Assembly (NCBI GenBank): GCA_019654055.1
Contig: BPDA01000003.1
Location: 161-64,160, forward strand
Source of the DNA: Methanobacteriota archaeon
GTDB taxonomy: Archaea; Thermoplasmatota; Poseidoniia; Poseidoniales; Thalassarchaeaceae
Reading direction: 5' to 3'
DNA: 64,000 nucleotides
Within the stretch, counting starts at the first letter, position 1. Every line of letters begins with the position of its first letter. Below the pieces are notes generated by a model. The model was not told where the DNA came from. It made no database searches and was given only the letters and a program-made list of their open reading frames with translations. The position numbers and the translations under genes were made by a program. Positions 17,801-26,495 of this stretch are shown in pieces.

Positions 17801-19945
17801 GTGGGAGAGTATTTTGAATCGGGGCCGACATGGTGGCCCATGAGCCGACGCGCTACCCTGACTGCCATCCTGACTGCAATGCTCCTGTTAACGGTCCCTT
17901 ACGCCGTACTCGCGACCGATTCGGACGGCGACGGCACCGACGACGCAAACGACGACTTTCCGGACAACCCGTGTGCTGACACCGACACCGACGGGGACGG
18001 GTTGCCCGACACGGTAGTGAGCGGTTGTACCTCCCAATCGGTTGTCGGCTACACCTCCTTCGAGGACCCTTTCACCATCGCGAGCGTGAAGTACACTGAC
18101 ACTGGAAACGATTCGGTCAGCAGGTACCTTTGGAACAACGCCAACGAACCGCATATCGCCCACAACCAGACTAATGGGACAGAGATGGGTTTCACCCTCT
18201 ACTACACCTCGACTGGTGGCGTCGGACTGACTGACGGTGACTACTTCGGCACAATCAACTACACCGGGACTGTCGGCAGCTTCACCGATGGTAACAACGG
18301 CTACCAGATGTCGGATGTCGATGGCATCGCTACTCTGGCTCTCGATGATATCACAGCAGAAGTGGTGACTTTCGACTTCTTCCTCCAAGACACCGGATAC
18401 GAGACCTCGAACCCCGTGGACTACCTCGTAATCAGATTCATCGGCGCGAACAGCGATATCGAAATCGTCAACACAACGGGCTACGACATCGACACCGACA
18501 ACTCGTCATGGCTCGACACGTGGACGACGATGACGGTGATGATAGGAGCGGCCGGGCACGGTCATCTCGAAGTCGAATTCTCCTCGAACTCTGCTATGGA
18601 GGCCCTGTACCTCGACAACATCCAATTTACTGCTGCGGTGACGCTGTCGGCCGATACCGACGATGACGGGGACGGGTGGAGCGATGTCGATGAGACGGAT
18701 TGCGGGACCGATCCGCTGGACGGTAACGACGTGCCCGCGGACACTGACATGAACGGCATCTGCGACGCTCTCGAGGGCGATGACTTCGACGGCGATGGGA
18801 TTCCGAACGACAGTGATCCCGACGACGACAACGACGGTGTGGATGATATCGATGACGATTTCCCGCTGAACCCCAACGAGACCACGGACACCGATGGGGA
18901 TGGTGTGGGGGACAACGCCGACGAGGACGACGACGACGATGGTTGGTTAGACGACAACGAGCTGGGCTGCGGGACAGACCCGCTGGATGACTCTTCAGTC
19001 CCATCCGACTACGACGCCGACTCCGTGTGCGACTCACTAGATGCGGATGACGACAACGATGGCGTCGACGACGCGGACGACGCGTTTCCCCACGACGACA
19101 CCGAGTGGATCGACACCGATGGGGACGGTAAGGGAGACAATGCCGACGAGGACGATGACAACGACGGCTGGGATGACTCCGACGAGTCGTCTTGCGGCAC
19201 CGATCCAGGCGATGCCGGCTCCGTTCCCGCGGACCTAGATGCGGATGGCACTTGCGATGCGCTGGACGATGACACCGACGGCGATGGGTGGTTAGACTCC
19301 GACGAGTCGTCTTGCGGCACCGACCCAAGCGACGCCGGTTCGGTCCCATCAGACGTGGACTCCGACGGGGATTGCGACGTTCTGGACGAGGACGCGGACA
19401 ACGACGGCTGGAGTGACTCCGACGAGGCGACCTGCGGGAGCGACACGATGGACCCGGACTCCGTGCCGGCAGACCAAGACGGGGACTCCGAATGCGACGC
19501 TGTTGACTCGGACATCGACGGTGACGGTCATGACAACGACGCTGACGAGTTCCCTGGGATGCCTCCGAGTGGGTGGACAGTGACGGGGATGGCACCGGAG
19601 ACAATGCGGACGCCGATGACGACGGAGACGGCTGGGACGATGATGTCGATGAGTTTCCACATGACGACACCGAGTGGGTGGACAGTGACGGGGATGGCAC
19701 CGGAGACAATGCGGACGCCGATGACGACGGAGACGGCTGGTCCGACGCGACCGAGTCCGACTGCGGCAGCGACGGGGTGGACGAGGATTCGGTGCCGGCC
19801 GACTTCGACGGTGATGGCCAGTGCGACGACCTCGACCCGGACGACGACGGTGACGGAGTTGCAGACAGCGATGATGCGATGCCGAATGATCAGAGCGAGT
19901 GGGACGACACCGACGGCGACGGAATCGGAGACAACGCCGACCTAG
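17801..19945 (+). CDS. secreted thrombospondin-type-3-repeat (D-x-D-x-D-G) surface protein, N-terminal fragment (authentic frame only to ~19557)
   Basis: N-terminal signal/TM (ATLTAILTAMLLLTVPYAVLA). Many DTDGDG.GDNADEDDDNDGW..SDE..CGTDP repeats. After ~19557 the translation turns into low-complexity T/M/P/R text, while the repeats continue in another frame. Confidence 0.75.
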   Translation: MGEYFESGPTWWPMSRRATLTAILTAMLLLTVPYAVLATDSDGDGTDDANDDFPDNPCADTDTDGDGLPDTVVSGCTSQSVVGYTSFEDPFTIASVKYTDTGNDSVSRYLWNNANEPHIAHNQTNGTEMGFTLYYTSTGGVGLTDGDYFGTINYTGTVGSFTDGNNGYQMSDVDGIATLALDDITAEVVTFDFFLQDTGYETSNPVDYLVIRFIGANSDIEIVNTTGYDIDTDNSSWLDTWTTMTVMIGAAGHGHLEVEFSSNSAMEALYLDNIQFTAAVTLSADTDDDGDGWSDVDETDCGTDPLDGNDVPADTDMNGICDALEGDDFDGDGIPNDSDPDDDNDGVDDIDDDFPLNPNETTDTDGDGVGDNADEDDDDDGWLDDNELGCGTDPLDDSSVPSDYDADSVCDSLDADDDNDGVDDADDAFPHDDTEWIDTDGDGKGDNADEDDDNDGWDDSDESSCGTDPGDAGSVPADLDADGTCDALDDDTDGDGWLDSDESSCGTDPSDAGSVPSDVDSDGDCDVLDEDADNDGWSDSDEATCGSDTMDPDSVPADQDGDSECDAVDSDIDGDGHDNDADEFPGMPPSGWTVTGMAPETMRTPMTTETAGTMMSMSFHMTTPSGWTVTGMAPETMRTPMTTETAGPTRPSPTAAATGWTRIRCRPTSTVMASATTSTRTTTVTELQTAMMRCRMIRASGTTPTATESETTPT
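19565..19740 (+). repeat. two exact 71-bp direct repeats, 105 bp apart, inside the TSP3 coding region
   Basis: ccgagtgggtggacagtgacggggatggcaccggagacaatgcggacgccgatgacgacggagacggctgg occurs at 19565-19635 and again at 19670-19740. Confidence 0.9.
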
Positions 19946-20157
19946 ATGACGATAATGACGGTTGGTCCGATGCTGAGGAAGGTGAATGCGGGGCTGACCA
20001 GTACGACAGTGACAGCACGCCGACCGATTACGATAACAACGGGGTGTGTGACGCCAACGACCCCATCATCGAGCCGGAGCCCGAGGGCACCCCCGGATTC
20101 GGCCTAATCTCGGCTCTGGCCATGCTCGCCCTTGCGGCTTTCGCTCGAAGGGATTGA
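19573..20157 (+). CDS. C-terminal fragment of the same TSP3-repeat protein, ending in a PGF-CTERM archaeal sorting signal
   Basis: Continues the DSDGDGTGDNADADDDGDGW repeats. The C-terminus EGTPGFGLISALAMLALAAFARRD matches the PGF-CTERM pattern (PGF, hydrophobic helix, basic end). Confidence 0.75.
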   Translation: MDSDGDGTGDNADADDDGDGWDDDVDEFPHDDTEWVDSDGDGTGDNADADDDGDGWSDATESDCGSDGVDEDSVPADFDGDGQCDDLDPDDDGDGVADSDDAMPNDQSEWDDTDGDGIGDNADLDDDNDGWSDAEEGECGADQYDSDSTPTDYDNNGVCDANDPIIEPEPEGTPGFGLISALAMLALAAFARRD

Positions 20158-20233
20158 TGGCGCCGACAGCAGGACTCGAACCTGCGACCTGTGGATTAAC
20201 AGTCCACCGCTCCACCAACTAAGCTATGTCGGC
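20158..20233 (-). tRNA. tRNA-Asn (GTT), CCA encoded
   Basis: The reverse complement folds as a cloverleaf: acceptor GCCGACA/TGTCGGC, anticodon loop CTGTTAA, T-loop GGTTCGAGTCC, 3' G-CCA. Confidence 0.9.
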
Positions 20234-20273
20234 CTGACTTGCGGCTGGCCCCACCCTTCATCAAAGAATCGGA

Positions 20274-21221
20274 TTACTCCCATTCGATGGTACCGGGTGG
20301 CTTGTGGGTGACATCGTAGACGACTCGGTTCACTTGACCCTTCAGCGAATTGGTGATCTCGGTGCTGATTTCGGCCAGCACGTCGTGTGGTATCTCGGAG
20401 TACCTTGCGCTCATCCCGTCTAGGCTCGTCACTGCTCTGACCACCACCGTCTCCCCGTGCACGCGCGCGTCACCGTGGACGCCTACGCTCCTGACGGGCA
20501 GCAGGGCCGCGAAGTACTGCCAGGGCAACTCACACCTGCCCTCGGCAGCGGCGACCTGCAAGTGGGTCTCGACGATATGGCAGGCCTCTCGGCACGCCTC
20601 GACCCTGTCAGGCGTAATCTCGCCGAGAACACGTACGGCTAGGCCAGGGCCGGGGAACGGCTGACGCTCGCTCGAGGGTATTCCGAGTTCGCGGGCTATG
20701 GCGCGTACCTCGTCCTTGTAGAACTCGCGCAGCGGCTCGACAATTAGCAACTCGACATCATCAGGGAGCCCTCCTACATTGTGGTGCGACTTGATGACGT
20801 CGCGCTCGCCGCCGCCGGACTCTATCCAGTCAGGGGCTATGGTCCCCTGGACCAGGAACTTGGCACCACATCCGCTCTGTTCGTCCTCGAAAACTCTGAT
20901 GAACTGCTCTCCGATTACCTTGCGCTTGTCCTCTGGGTCGGTGACTCCGGCGAGATGACCCAAGAAGCGTTCCGAGGCGTCGACCACCTTGAGTTCGATG
21001 CCGAGGTCCGAGAACATCTCAGCGACCTCCTCCGACTCGTTCTTGCGCATCAGCCCTGTGTCGACGTAGACGCAGTGCAGCAGGCTCCCTACCGCACGGT
21101 GCGCGAGAATCGCGGCCACCGTGCTGTCGATGCCCCCGGAGCATGCGATAATCGCGGTGTCGTCAATCTGGGACTGTAGGGCCTCGACCGCCTCGTCCAC
21201 GAGGACCTGGGTCTGCACCAA
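20274..21221 (-). CDS. guaA: GMP synthase (glutamine-hydrolysing) subunit B, ATP-pyrophosphatase domain
   Basis: 315 aa with P-loop ACSGGIDSTVAA and the C-terminal KPPGTIEWE typical of GuaA. The archaeal split-subunit size fits. Confidence 0.9.
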   Translation of the reverse strand: MVQTQVLVDEAVEALQSQIDDTAIIACSGGIDSTVAAILAHRAVGSLLHCVYVDTGLMRKNESEEVAEMFSDLGIELKVVDASERFLGHLAGVTDPEDKRKVIGEQFIRVFEDEQSGCGAKFLVQGTIAPDWIESGGGERDVIKSHHNVGGLPDDVELLIVEPLREFYKDEVRAIARELGIPSSERQPFPGPGLAVRVLGEITPDRVEACREACHIVETHLQVAAAEGRCELPWQYFAALLPVRSVGVHGDARVHGETVVVRAVTSLDGMSARYSEIPHDVLAEISTEITNSLKGQVNRVVYDVTHKPPGTIEWE

Positions 21222-21225
21222 GGGC

Positions 21226-21699
21226 TCACTCCCTCAGAGACTCGTCGTCGGCGATGACTCCCGCGGTGCGCGCCTCTCGCCATTCGGAGAATCTGGATGA
21301 TAAGTCGGCATCGCTCAGTGAGAGAATCTGGACGGCCAGTACGCCGGCGTTGTCACCGCGGTCGACGCCCACGGTCGCGACCGGCATCCCGGGGGGCATC
21401 TGGACTATCGAGAGCAGGCTGTCGAGTGGTACCTTCCCGCCAACCGGGACTCCGATTACCGGTAGGGTGGTCATTGCTGCTACCACACCGGGTAAAGCGG
21501 CTGCCATACCTGCCATGCCGACGAACACCTTGCATCCGTCTTCTATGGCCAATGTCACGACGCTCTCGAGGTACTTTGGCGCCCTGTGGGCAGAGGCGAC
21601 CCTGACCTCGTGCGAGATCCCGAACTCCGATAGCACTGCCGAGCACTTGTCGGCCACGTGCAGGTCGGACTTGGACCCAAGCAGAATGCAGACGTCCAT
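21226..21699 (-). CDS. purE: N5-carboxyaminoimidazole ribonucleotide mutase
   Basis: Motifs LGSKSDL, SAHRAP and GMAAALPGVVAAMTTLPVIGVPV. The ORF is open to 21762, but the internal ATG (MDVCILLGSKSD) gives a normal length and removes the overlap with the upstream gene. Confidence 0.85.
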   Translation of the reverse strand: MDVCILLGSKSDLHVADKCSAVLSEFGISHEVRVASAHRAPKYLESVVTLAIEDGCKVFVGMAGMAAALPGVVAAMTTLPVIGVPVGGKVPLDSLLSIVQMPPGMPVATVGVDRGDNAGVLAVQILSLSDADLSSRFSEWREARTAGVIADDESLRE

Positions 21700-21721
21700 G
21701 CACTGCCGGGTAGTGGTCGGT

Positions 21722-22654
21722 TCAAATGCCTGCCGTCTTAGCACTGTCCTGCTTTTGGGCATCGAGGGCGAGAAGCCTCTCTGGCCACTCCAGTCCCATG
21801 TCGATCACAGGGGGTTTCGACAGGGGGCCTGCGGCGAGAGCATCGCCCACCGGACCGACGTGGAACGGATCGTGTACGAAACCGGACCGGTCGATTAGGG
21901 CAACAGCTAGGAAGCGATCGTCGCCACGGCTCGCACCCGAGATTGCGAGGCGTCCGTAATCGCAGTCGAGAGCGGCTATCGGTCCCGTGGTCCAAGACTC
22001 GGAGGTAACCTGCCACTCAGGAGGCAGCATTGACTCCGAACCCCATTTTGAATGGTCTATCGGCAGAAGCCACCTCGATGAGGGAATCTGCAGCACCCGC
22101 TTGATTCGGCGGTAAGTCCGGAACCAAGCTAGCCAGAATAGTGCGTAGGAAGCCCAACCGAATAGCGGACTTGTTAGGACGTGTAGGGCGAAGGCTGCCG
22201 AAGCGGCAGCGAAGGTGGCCCAGTCGAACGGGAGGGATAGAATCGTCCCGCGCGACATCGGTTGGGTGGAACGGGCCATGTAGAGTGGAACTAGGACCAG
22301 AGCCCATGACAGGGAGAAGAACAGTGCTGACACGATCTGGTCGTCTGTAGGGAGGCGCTCAGGCAGAACGAGGGGTATGGCAGAGAGCAGCAGGAACAAC
22401 GGCGACCATGCAAGAGGCAGTAGGATGGATGGTGCGACGGGCTGCAGACGTTGTCTGGTCCAGCCTCGGCCGCCCTCCTGGGCATTAGTGCTGGGCCAGC
22501 TCTCGGGGGGACTGGACTCACCGCGCCTGTTGCCATGCTGAGATGAGTCTGTAGGGAGTTTCCACCATCCCGGCTCTCCTACCAGCCAGTGGTGGTCCAG
22601 TCCAGACTCCATGGTTGGCGCACGGGCGTTGGGGTCTTGTCCGCTTCGGCTCAC
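21722..22654 (-). CDS. hypothetical membrane protein
   Basis: 310 aa with a hydrophilic N-terminus, about four TM segments (ILLPLAWSPLFLLLSAIPLVL etc.) and a soluble C-terminal domain. No family recognised. Confidence 0.5.
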   Translation of the reverse strand: MSRSGQDPNARAPTMESGLDHHWLVGEPGWWKLPTDSSQHGNRRGESSPPESWPSTNAQEGGRGWTRQRLQPVAPSILLPLAWSPLFLLLSAIPLVLPERLPTDDQIVSALFFSLSWALVLVPLYMARSTQPMSRGTILSLPFDWATFAAASAAFALHVLTSPLFGWASYALFWLAWFRTYRRIKRVLQIPSSRWLLPIDHSKWGSESMLPPEWQVTSESWTTGPIAALDCDYGRLAISGASRGDDRFLAVALIDRSGFVHDPFHVGPVGDALAAGPLSKPPVIDMGLEWPERLLALDAQKQDSAKTAGI

Positions 22655-24162
22655 TCAGGGCCCGGATGTCTGAGGACTAGGTTGCGTGCCGCCCAAACCT
22701 CGTCCACTCTCCTGACATCAGTGGTGTGAGGTGCGGAGGTGACGATTTCGGGGTCCTCGCAGAGAATCTCGTGGAAGTCATCAGCGAACCTGTCCATGAC
22801 CTCCTTCGACTCGGTCTCGGTGGGCTCAATCATCAGGCACTCCGGGACTATCATGGGGAAGTACAGGGTAGGGGCCATGACTCCATAGTCAAGCAGCCTC
22901 TTGGCAACGTCCCTACCAGTCACACCCACAGCGTCCTTGAGCGCGCTCAGGGAGATGGTGAACTCGTGCTTCACCACATCGGCTGGGGCCCCATCCAGAG
23001 GCATCGCATGCATCCGCTCAGCAGTGTCGGAACCGGGGTGCAGGATGCGGTGACGAAGGTAGTTGGCGTTCAGCACGGCGTGCTCACTCATCCGCTCCAA
23101 CTCCCTGCCGTACCTCCTGTAGAAAGCCCAGGCACGGACCACGGCACCAGAGTTGCCATGCCACTGTTGGATCTTGCCGATGCTGGACTCCCCGACCTCC
23201 CTCCAGAAATACCAGTAGTCGTCGCCAACCCCTTCCGGATCGTCTGCGACCCGGTCCCTGCGGTCGGCTATCGGACTCGGGAGGAATGGAGATAGGTGCG
23301 ACTTCACCCCAATGGGTCCGCTTCCAGGCCCGCCGCCCCCATGCGGCTGGCTGAATGTCTTGTGCAGGTTATAGTGCACGGCGTCGAAACCCATCCTGCC
23401 AGGATCCGTCTTGCCCAATATGGCGTTGAAGTTAGCACCATCGTAGTACATCTGCCCGCCGGCCTCGTGGACCATCTCGGCAGCCCGGGATATCTCCGGC
23501 TCAAACAGACCGAGAGTGGATGGATTGGTAATCATCATCGCTGCGGTATCGTCGCCCACGGCTTCCTCGAGCGCAGCGAGGTCAATCCTGCCGTCGGCGG
23601 CGCTCGGTATCTCGATTATGTCGTATCCACACATCGCGGCTGAAGCCGGGTTGGTGCCGTGTGCGGAATCGGGGACGATTACCTTGTCGCGGTGACTCTG
23701 GCCGATGCTGCGATGGAATTCCTGGATGCAGCGCATGGCGGTGAACTCGCCTTGGGCTCCCGCGACCGGCTGCAGAGTCACCTCGTCCATTCCGGAGCAG
23801 ATCGAGAGCATTTCCTGCATCTCGAAGAAGATCGCCAGAAGGCCCTGTACCTGATGCTCTGGCTGTAGTGGGTGTATTCGGTCGATTCCGGGCAACTGGA
23901 CTATCCTCTCGTTGAGCCTCGGGTTGTGCTTCATTGTGCAAGAGCCGAGTGGGTAGAATCCGGTGTCGATACCGAAGTTCCTACTGGAGAGCCAGGTATA
24001 GTGGCGCACGAGCTCCGGTTCACTGGCCCTAGGCCAAACTGGAGGGGATTCTCGACGCAATGGCTCCGGTACGGTGGACCACGCCTCCTGCTCGCCCAGC
24101 GATGGTTCTGGTTGCGACCATCCTGCGCCCTCGGCACCGTTGAACTCGAACAGGTCGCTCAT
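22651..24162 (-). CDS. gcvPB: glycine dehydrogenase (decarboxylating) subunit 2
   Basis: P-protein C-terminal-half motifs (YPLGSCTMKHNP, NLHKTFSQPHGGGGPG). The likely start MSDLFEF at 24162 forms an ATGA overlap with the gcvPA stop. The ORF is open to 24273. Confidence 0.93.
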   Translation of the reverse strand: MSDLFEFNGAEGAGWSQPEPSLGEQEAWSTVPEPLRRESPPVWPRASEPELVRHYTWLSSRNFGIDTGFYPLGSCTMKHNPRLNERIVQLPGIDRIHPLQPEHQVQGLLAIFFEMQEMLSICSGMDEVTLQPVAGAQGEFTAMRCIQEFHRSIGQSHRDKVIVPDSAHGTNPASAAMCGYDIIEIPSAADGRIDLAALEEAVGDDTAAMMITNPSTLGLFEPEISRAAEMVHEAGGQMYYDGANFNAILGKTDPGRMGFDAVHYNLHKTFSQPHGGGGPGSGPIGVKSHLSPFLPSPIADRRDRVADDPEGVGDDYWYFWREVGESSIGKIQQWHGNSGAVVRAWAFYRRYGRELERMSEHAVLNANYLRHRILHPGSDTAERMHAMPLDGAPADVVKHEFTISLSALKDAVGVTGRDVAKRLLDYGVMAPTLYFPMIVPECLMIEPTETESKEVMDRFADDFHEILCEDPEIVTSAPHTTDVRRVDEVWAARNLVLRHPGPE

Positions 24163-25526
24163 CGATCGGCCTCCTTCAGCCATGAGGACAGTCCCGCCAC
24201 GAGCGCATCGATGTCCGACTCGCTCGTGCGCTCGTCGGCCCCAATCAGCAGGCATGTCGACATGAAGTCCCACCAGACTCCAAGATCGAATCCGCCCAGA
24301 ACCCCTTTGGAGTCGAGATGGGCCAAGGCGTTCGAGGCCTCGCCTGGCAGTTTAACAGCGAACTCCCTGAAGTTACTGGCCCCGGGGTCCACCAACTCGA
24401 TGCCCTCGATCGAGGTCACGGCCCTCTTCGTGGCCTCGGTCGCCGAGGTCACGCGCAGTGCCAGCCTCTCGATCCCGCGTGGCCCGAGTAACGCCATGTG
24501 CATGGCTCCCATCAGCGCAATCAGGGTCTCGTTGGAGCAAATATTCGAGGTCGCGCGATGCCTGCGGATGTGCTGCTCACGTGTGGATAGGGTCAGGGTG
24601 AAGGCTCGCTTGCCGTCAACGTCTCTCGTCAGGCCGACAATCCTCCCCGGCATCTGCCTGACGTAACTCTCGCCGCAGGCGAATAGCCCATAGATTGGCC
24701 CGCCTGCCGTCGGCCCGATGCCGAACGGCTGGCCTTCCCCGACGACGATGTCCGCCCCCCATCTGCCGGGGGGCTTGACGATACCGAGGGAGACTGCGTC
24801 GACCCCGACTATCAGCGCGGTGCCCCCGCCGATGATCTCCTTCAACCCCATCAGGCCCGGGTCTAGGATACCGAAGGAGCTGGGTTGCTCGACGTACACC
24901 GCGCAGCAGCCTGCTGCTTCGGCGGCCAAGCTCATGTCGACGTGACCGTTCTCAAGATGCTTGAGCATCTTGATATCAAGGCCGCTGCCTTGGGTGTAGT
25001 TCCTAATCACCTCGAGCCTCTGCGGAGGTACGAACTCGGAGACGTAGACCACATTGTCCTGAGACGCCTTACGTCGGTGGACGCGCACTGCGCAGGTGAT
25101 TGCCTCGGCCGCTGCTGTCGACGCGTCGTACATCGAAACGTTTGCCACAGGCAGGCCTACCAGTTCGCTCACCATCGTCTGGAACTCCCACATGGCCTGC
25201 AGCATGCCTTGGCTGACCTCGGGCTGGTAGGGCGTGTATGAGGTCAGGAACTCCCCTCGCGTGGCGAGCATCCCGACCATCGTCGGTACGAAGTTCCTAG
25301 CCAATCCTGCAGCGAGGAAACTGGGCCTGTCATCGAGGCCCACATTGGCACCCAAAAGCCGTTTGGCGTCATCCCATATCTCCTCCTCTGACTGCGGTTC
25401 TGGTAGAGGAAGGGGGGATTCCCTGCGGATGTCCTCAGGGATGTCTGAGAACAACTCGTCAATGGAGCCCATACCCATCGCAGAGAGTATCTCCTGCTCC
25501 CTCCCGAGATTTGGCAACTGGTCCAA
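24159..25526 (-). CDS. gcvPA: glycine dehydrogenase (decarboxylating) subunit 1
   Basis: 455 aa with P-protein N-terminal-half motifs (FLTSYTPYQPEVSQG, REQHIRRHRATSNICSNE). Confidence 0.93.
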   Translation of the reverse strand: MDQLPNLGREQEILSAMGMGSIDELFSDIPEDIRRESPLPLPEPQSEEEIWDDAKRLLGANVGLDDRPSFLAAGLARNFVPTMVGMLATRGEFLTSYTPYQPEVSQGMLQAMWEFQTMVSELVGLPVANVSMYDASTAAAEAITCAVRVHRRKASQDNVVYVSEFVPPQRLEVIRNYTQGSGLDIKMLKHLENGHVDMSLAAEAAGCCAVYVEQPSSFGILDPGLMGLKEIIGGGTALIVGVDAVSLGIVKPPGRWGADIVVGEGQPFGIGPTAGGPIYGLFACGESYVRQMPGRIVGLTRDVDGKRAFTLTLSTREQHIRRHRATSNICSNETLIALMGAMHMALLGPRGIERLALRVTSATEATKRAVTSIEGIELVDPGASNFREFAVKLPGEASNALAHLDSKGVLGGFDLGVWWDFMSTCLLIGADERTSESDIDALVAGLSSWLKEADR

Positions 25527-25649
25527 TGCGACTTTCTCCTGCCTCTCGGCGCACCGAGGAGAATAACGAGAGTCTTCAATGTTCGTCGGGCCGGCTCAGT
25601 CGGTCACCGACACACTCTTAATCGCCCGAACGGAGTCAGTCGCGATAGC

Positions 25650-26495
25650 ATGAGGGTAGCAATCTCGGCGTCCGACGCGTTCGTCGCTCCGTACATAGCC
25701 GAAATGCTCGGCGACTCCGCCGTGGTGGTGCCAGACGAGGCGCTTTCCGATGCCACTTCTCTCGATGCCATGCTGACTCCCTGTAGCGCCCTGATACACA
25801 TCAACTCGCGACCCGCGGACACCTCGGTCGGCCGCACCGACCGCGAGGCATACATCACTATGAGGGAGGCATCCAGACCGATTCTCGATGCGGTGGACAG
25901 GCACGGGGGCCTTCATCTGGTGATACTGGGCACCCTGCGTGTGCACCCCCAGTGGAGCGCTGGGGAAGCGTACTACGGGCTCGAGTCTACCCTAGCTCCC
26001 CGTGACACCGCGGCAGAGGGGCAGTTGTGGATGGAGGAGAATGCACTGGAGCGAGCCGAGGCAGAACGGCCGGTGAGCATAGTCAGGGCCTCCAACGTCC
26101 AAGGTATGCCTCTAGAGGGGCCTCCAGGCAACGGTCTGCTCCATAGGTGGGCCGAGGAGTGCCAGATCGGTTGGATCAACATTCCCGGAGATGGGTCCGA
26201 CATCAAGGACTTCATTCACGTCGAGGACCTCGTGAGGGTGGTGGATGCGGTCCTCTCAAGCCCGCCCCCGACCAGAGAGAGCATTGCAGTGGGGTCTGGC
26301 AAGGGGATATCGATGGAGGATCTCGCATCAATCTACCAGCAGAGGACTGGTTGCGACCTAGAGTTCGGGCAGAGTGATGAGGAGGAGGTCTTCGGAATCG
26401 TCGATGCATGGGGCCTAGAGGAGAGATTCGGGTTCAGGCCGCAGATAAGTCTCGAGGAGATGATCGGGGAGGCCTTCGAGGCCGCAGGTCACTGA
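25650..26495 (+). CDS. NAD(P)-dependent epimerase/dehydratase-fold (extended SDR-like) protein with degenerate cofactor and catalytic motifs
   Basis: 281 aa with overall SDR-like layout (IVRASNVQG, DFIHVEDLV). The N-terminal G-x-x-G-x-x-G is replaced by ISASDAFVAPY, and no clear Y-x-x-x-K is present. Confidence 0.45.
   Translation: MRVAISASDAFVAPYIAEMLGDSAVVVPDEALSDATSLDAMLTPCSALIHINSRPADTSVGRTDREAYITMREASRPILDAVDRHGGLHLVILGTLRVHPQWSAGEAYYGLESTLAPRDTAAEGQLWMEENALERAEAERPVSIVRASNVQGMPLEGPPGNGLLHRWAEECQIGWINIPGDGSDIKDFIHVEDLVRVVDAVLSSPPPTRESIAVGSGKGISMEDLASIYQQRTGCDLEFGQSDEEEVFGIVDAWGLEERFGFRPQISLEEMIGEAFEAAGH

Noticed and set aside
18627-19709. Long ORFs antisense to, or out of frame with, confident genes. 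Examples: 18627..19709 (360 aa, R/P/S-rich), 10078..10854, 10626..11270, 21254..21898, 23872..24666, 39871..40755, 48709..49503, 58005..58652, 28732..29256.
   Set aside because: High-GC coding DNA is depleted in stop codons on the non-coding frames. These translations are low-complexity (R/P/S/A-rich), lack recognisable motifs, and fully overlap genes with strong family signatures.
17930-20060. The D-rich repeat DNA in the TSP3 genes, considered as non-coding satellite or mobile repeat.
   Set aside because: Periodicity follows codons. Repeats are conserved at the protein level (D-x-D-x-D-G...C-G-x-D-P) much more than at the DNA level, apart from the one recent 71-bp duplication. The array is flanked by a signal peptide and a PGF-CTERM signal.
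20158-20233. tRNA genes (Asn, Glu, Val) abutting large accessory surface-protein genes, considered as integration sites of mobile elements or genomic islands.
   Set aside because: No integrase, transposase, tRNA 3'-fragment direct repeats or obvious compositional shift can be seen in the window. By eye, the surface genes share the GC3-rich codon style of the core genes.
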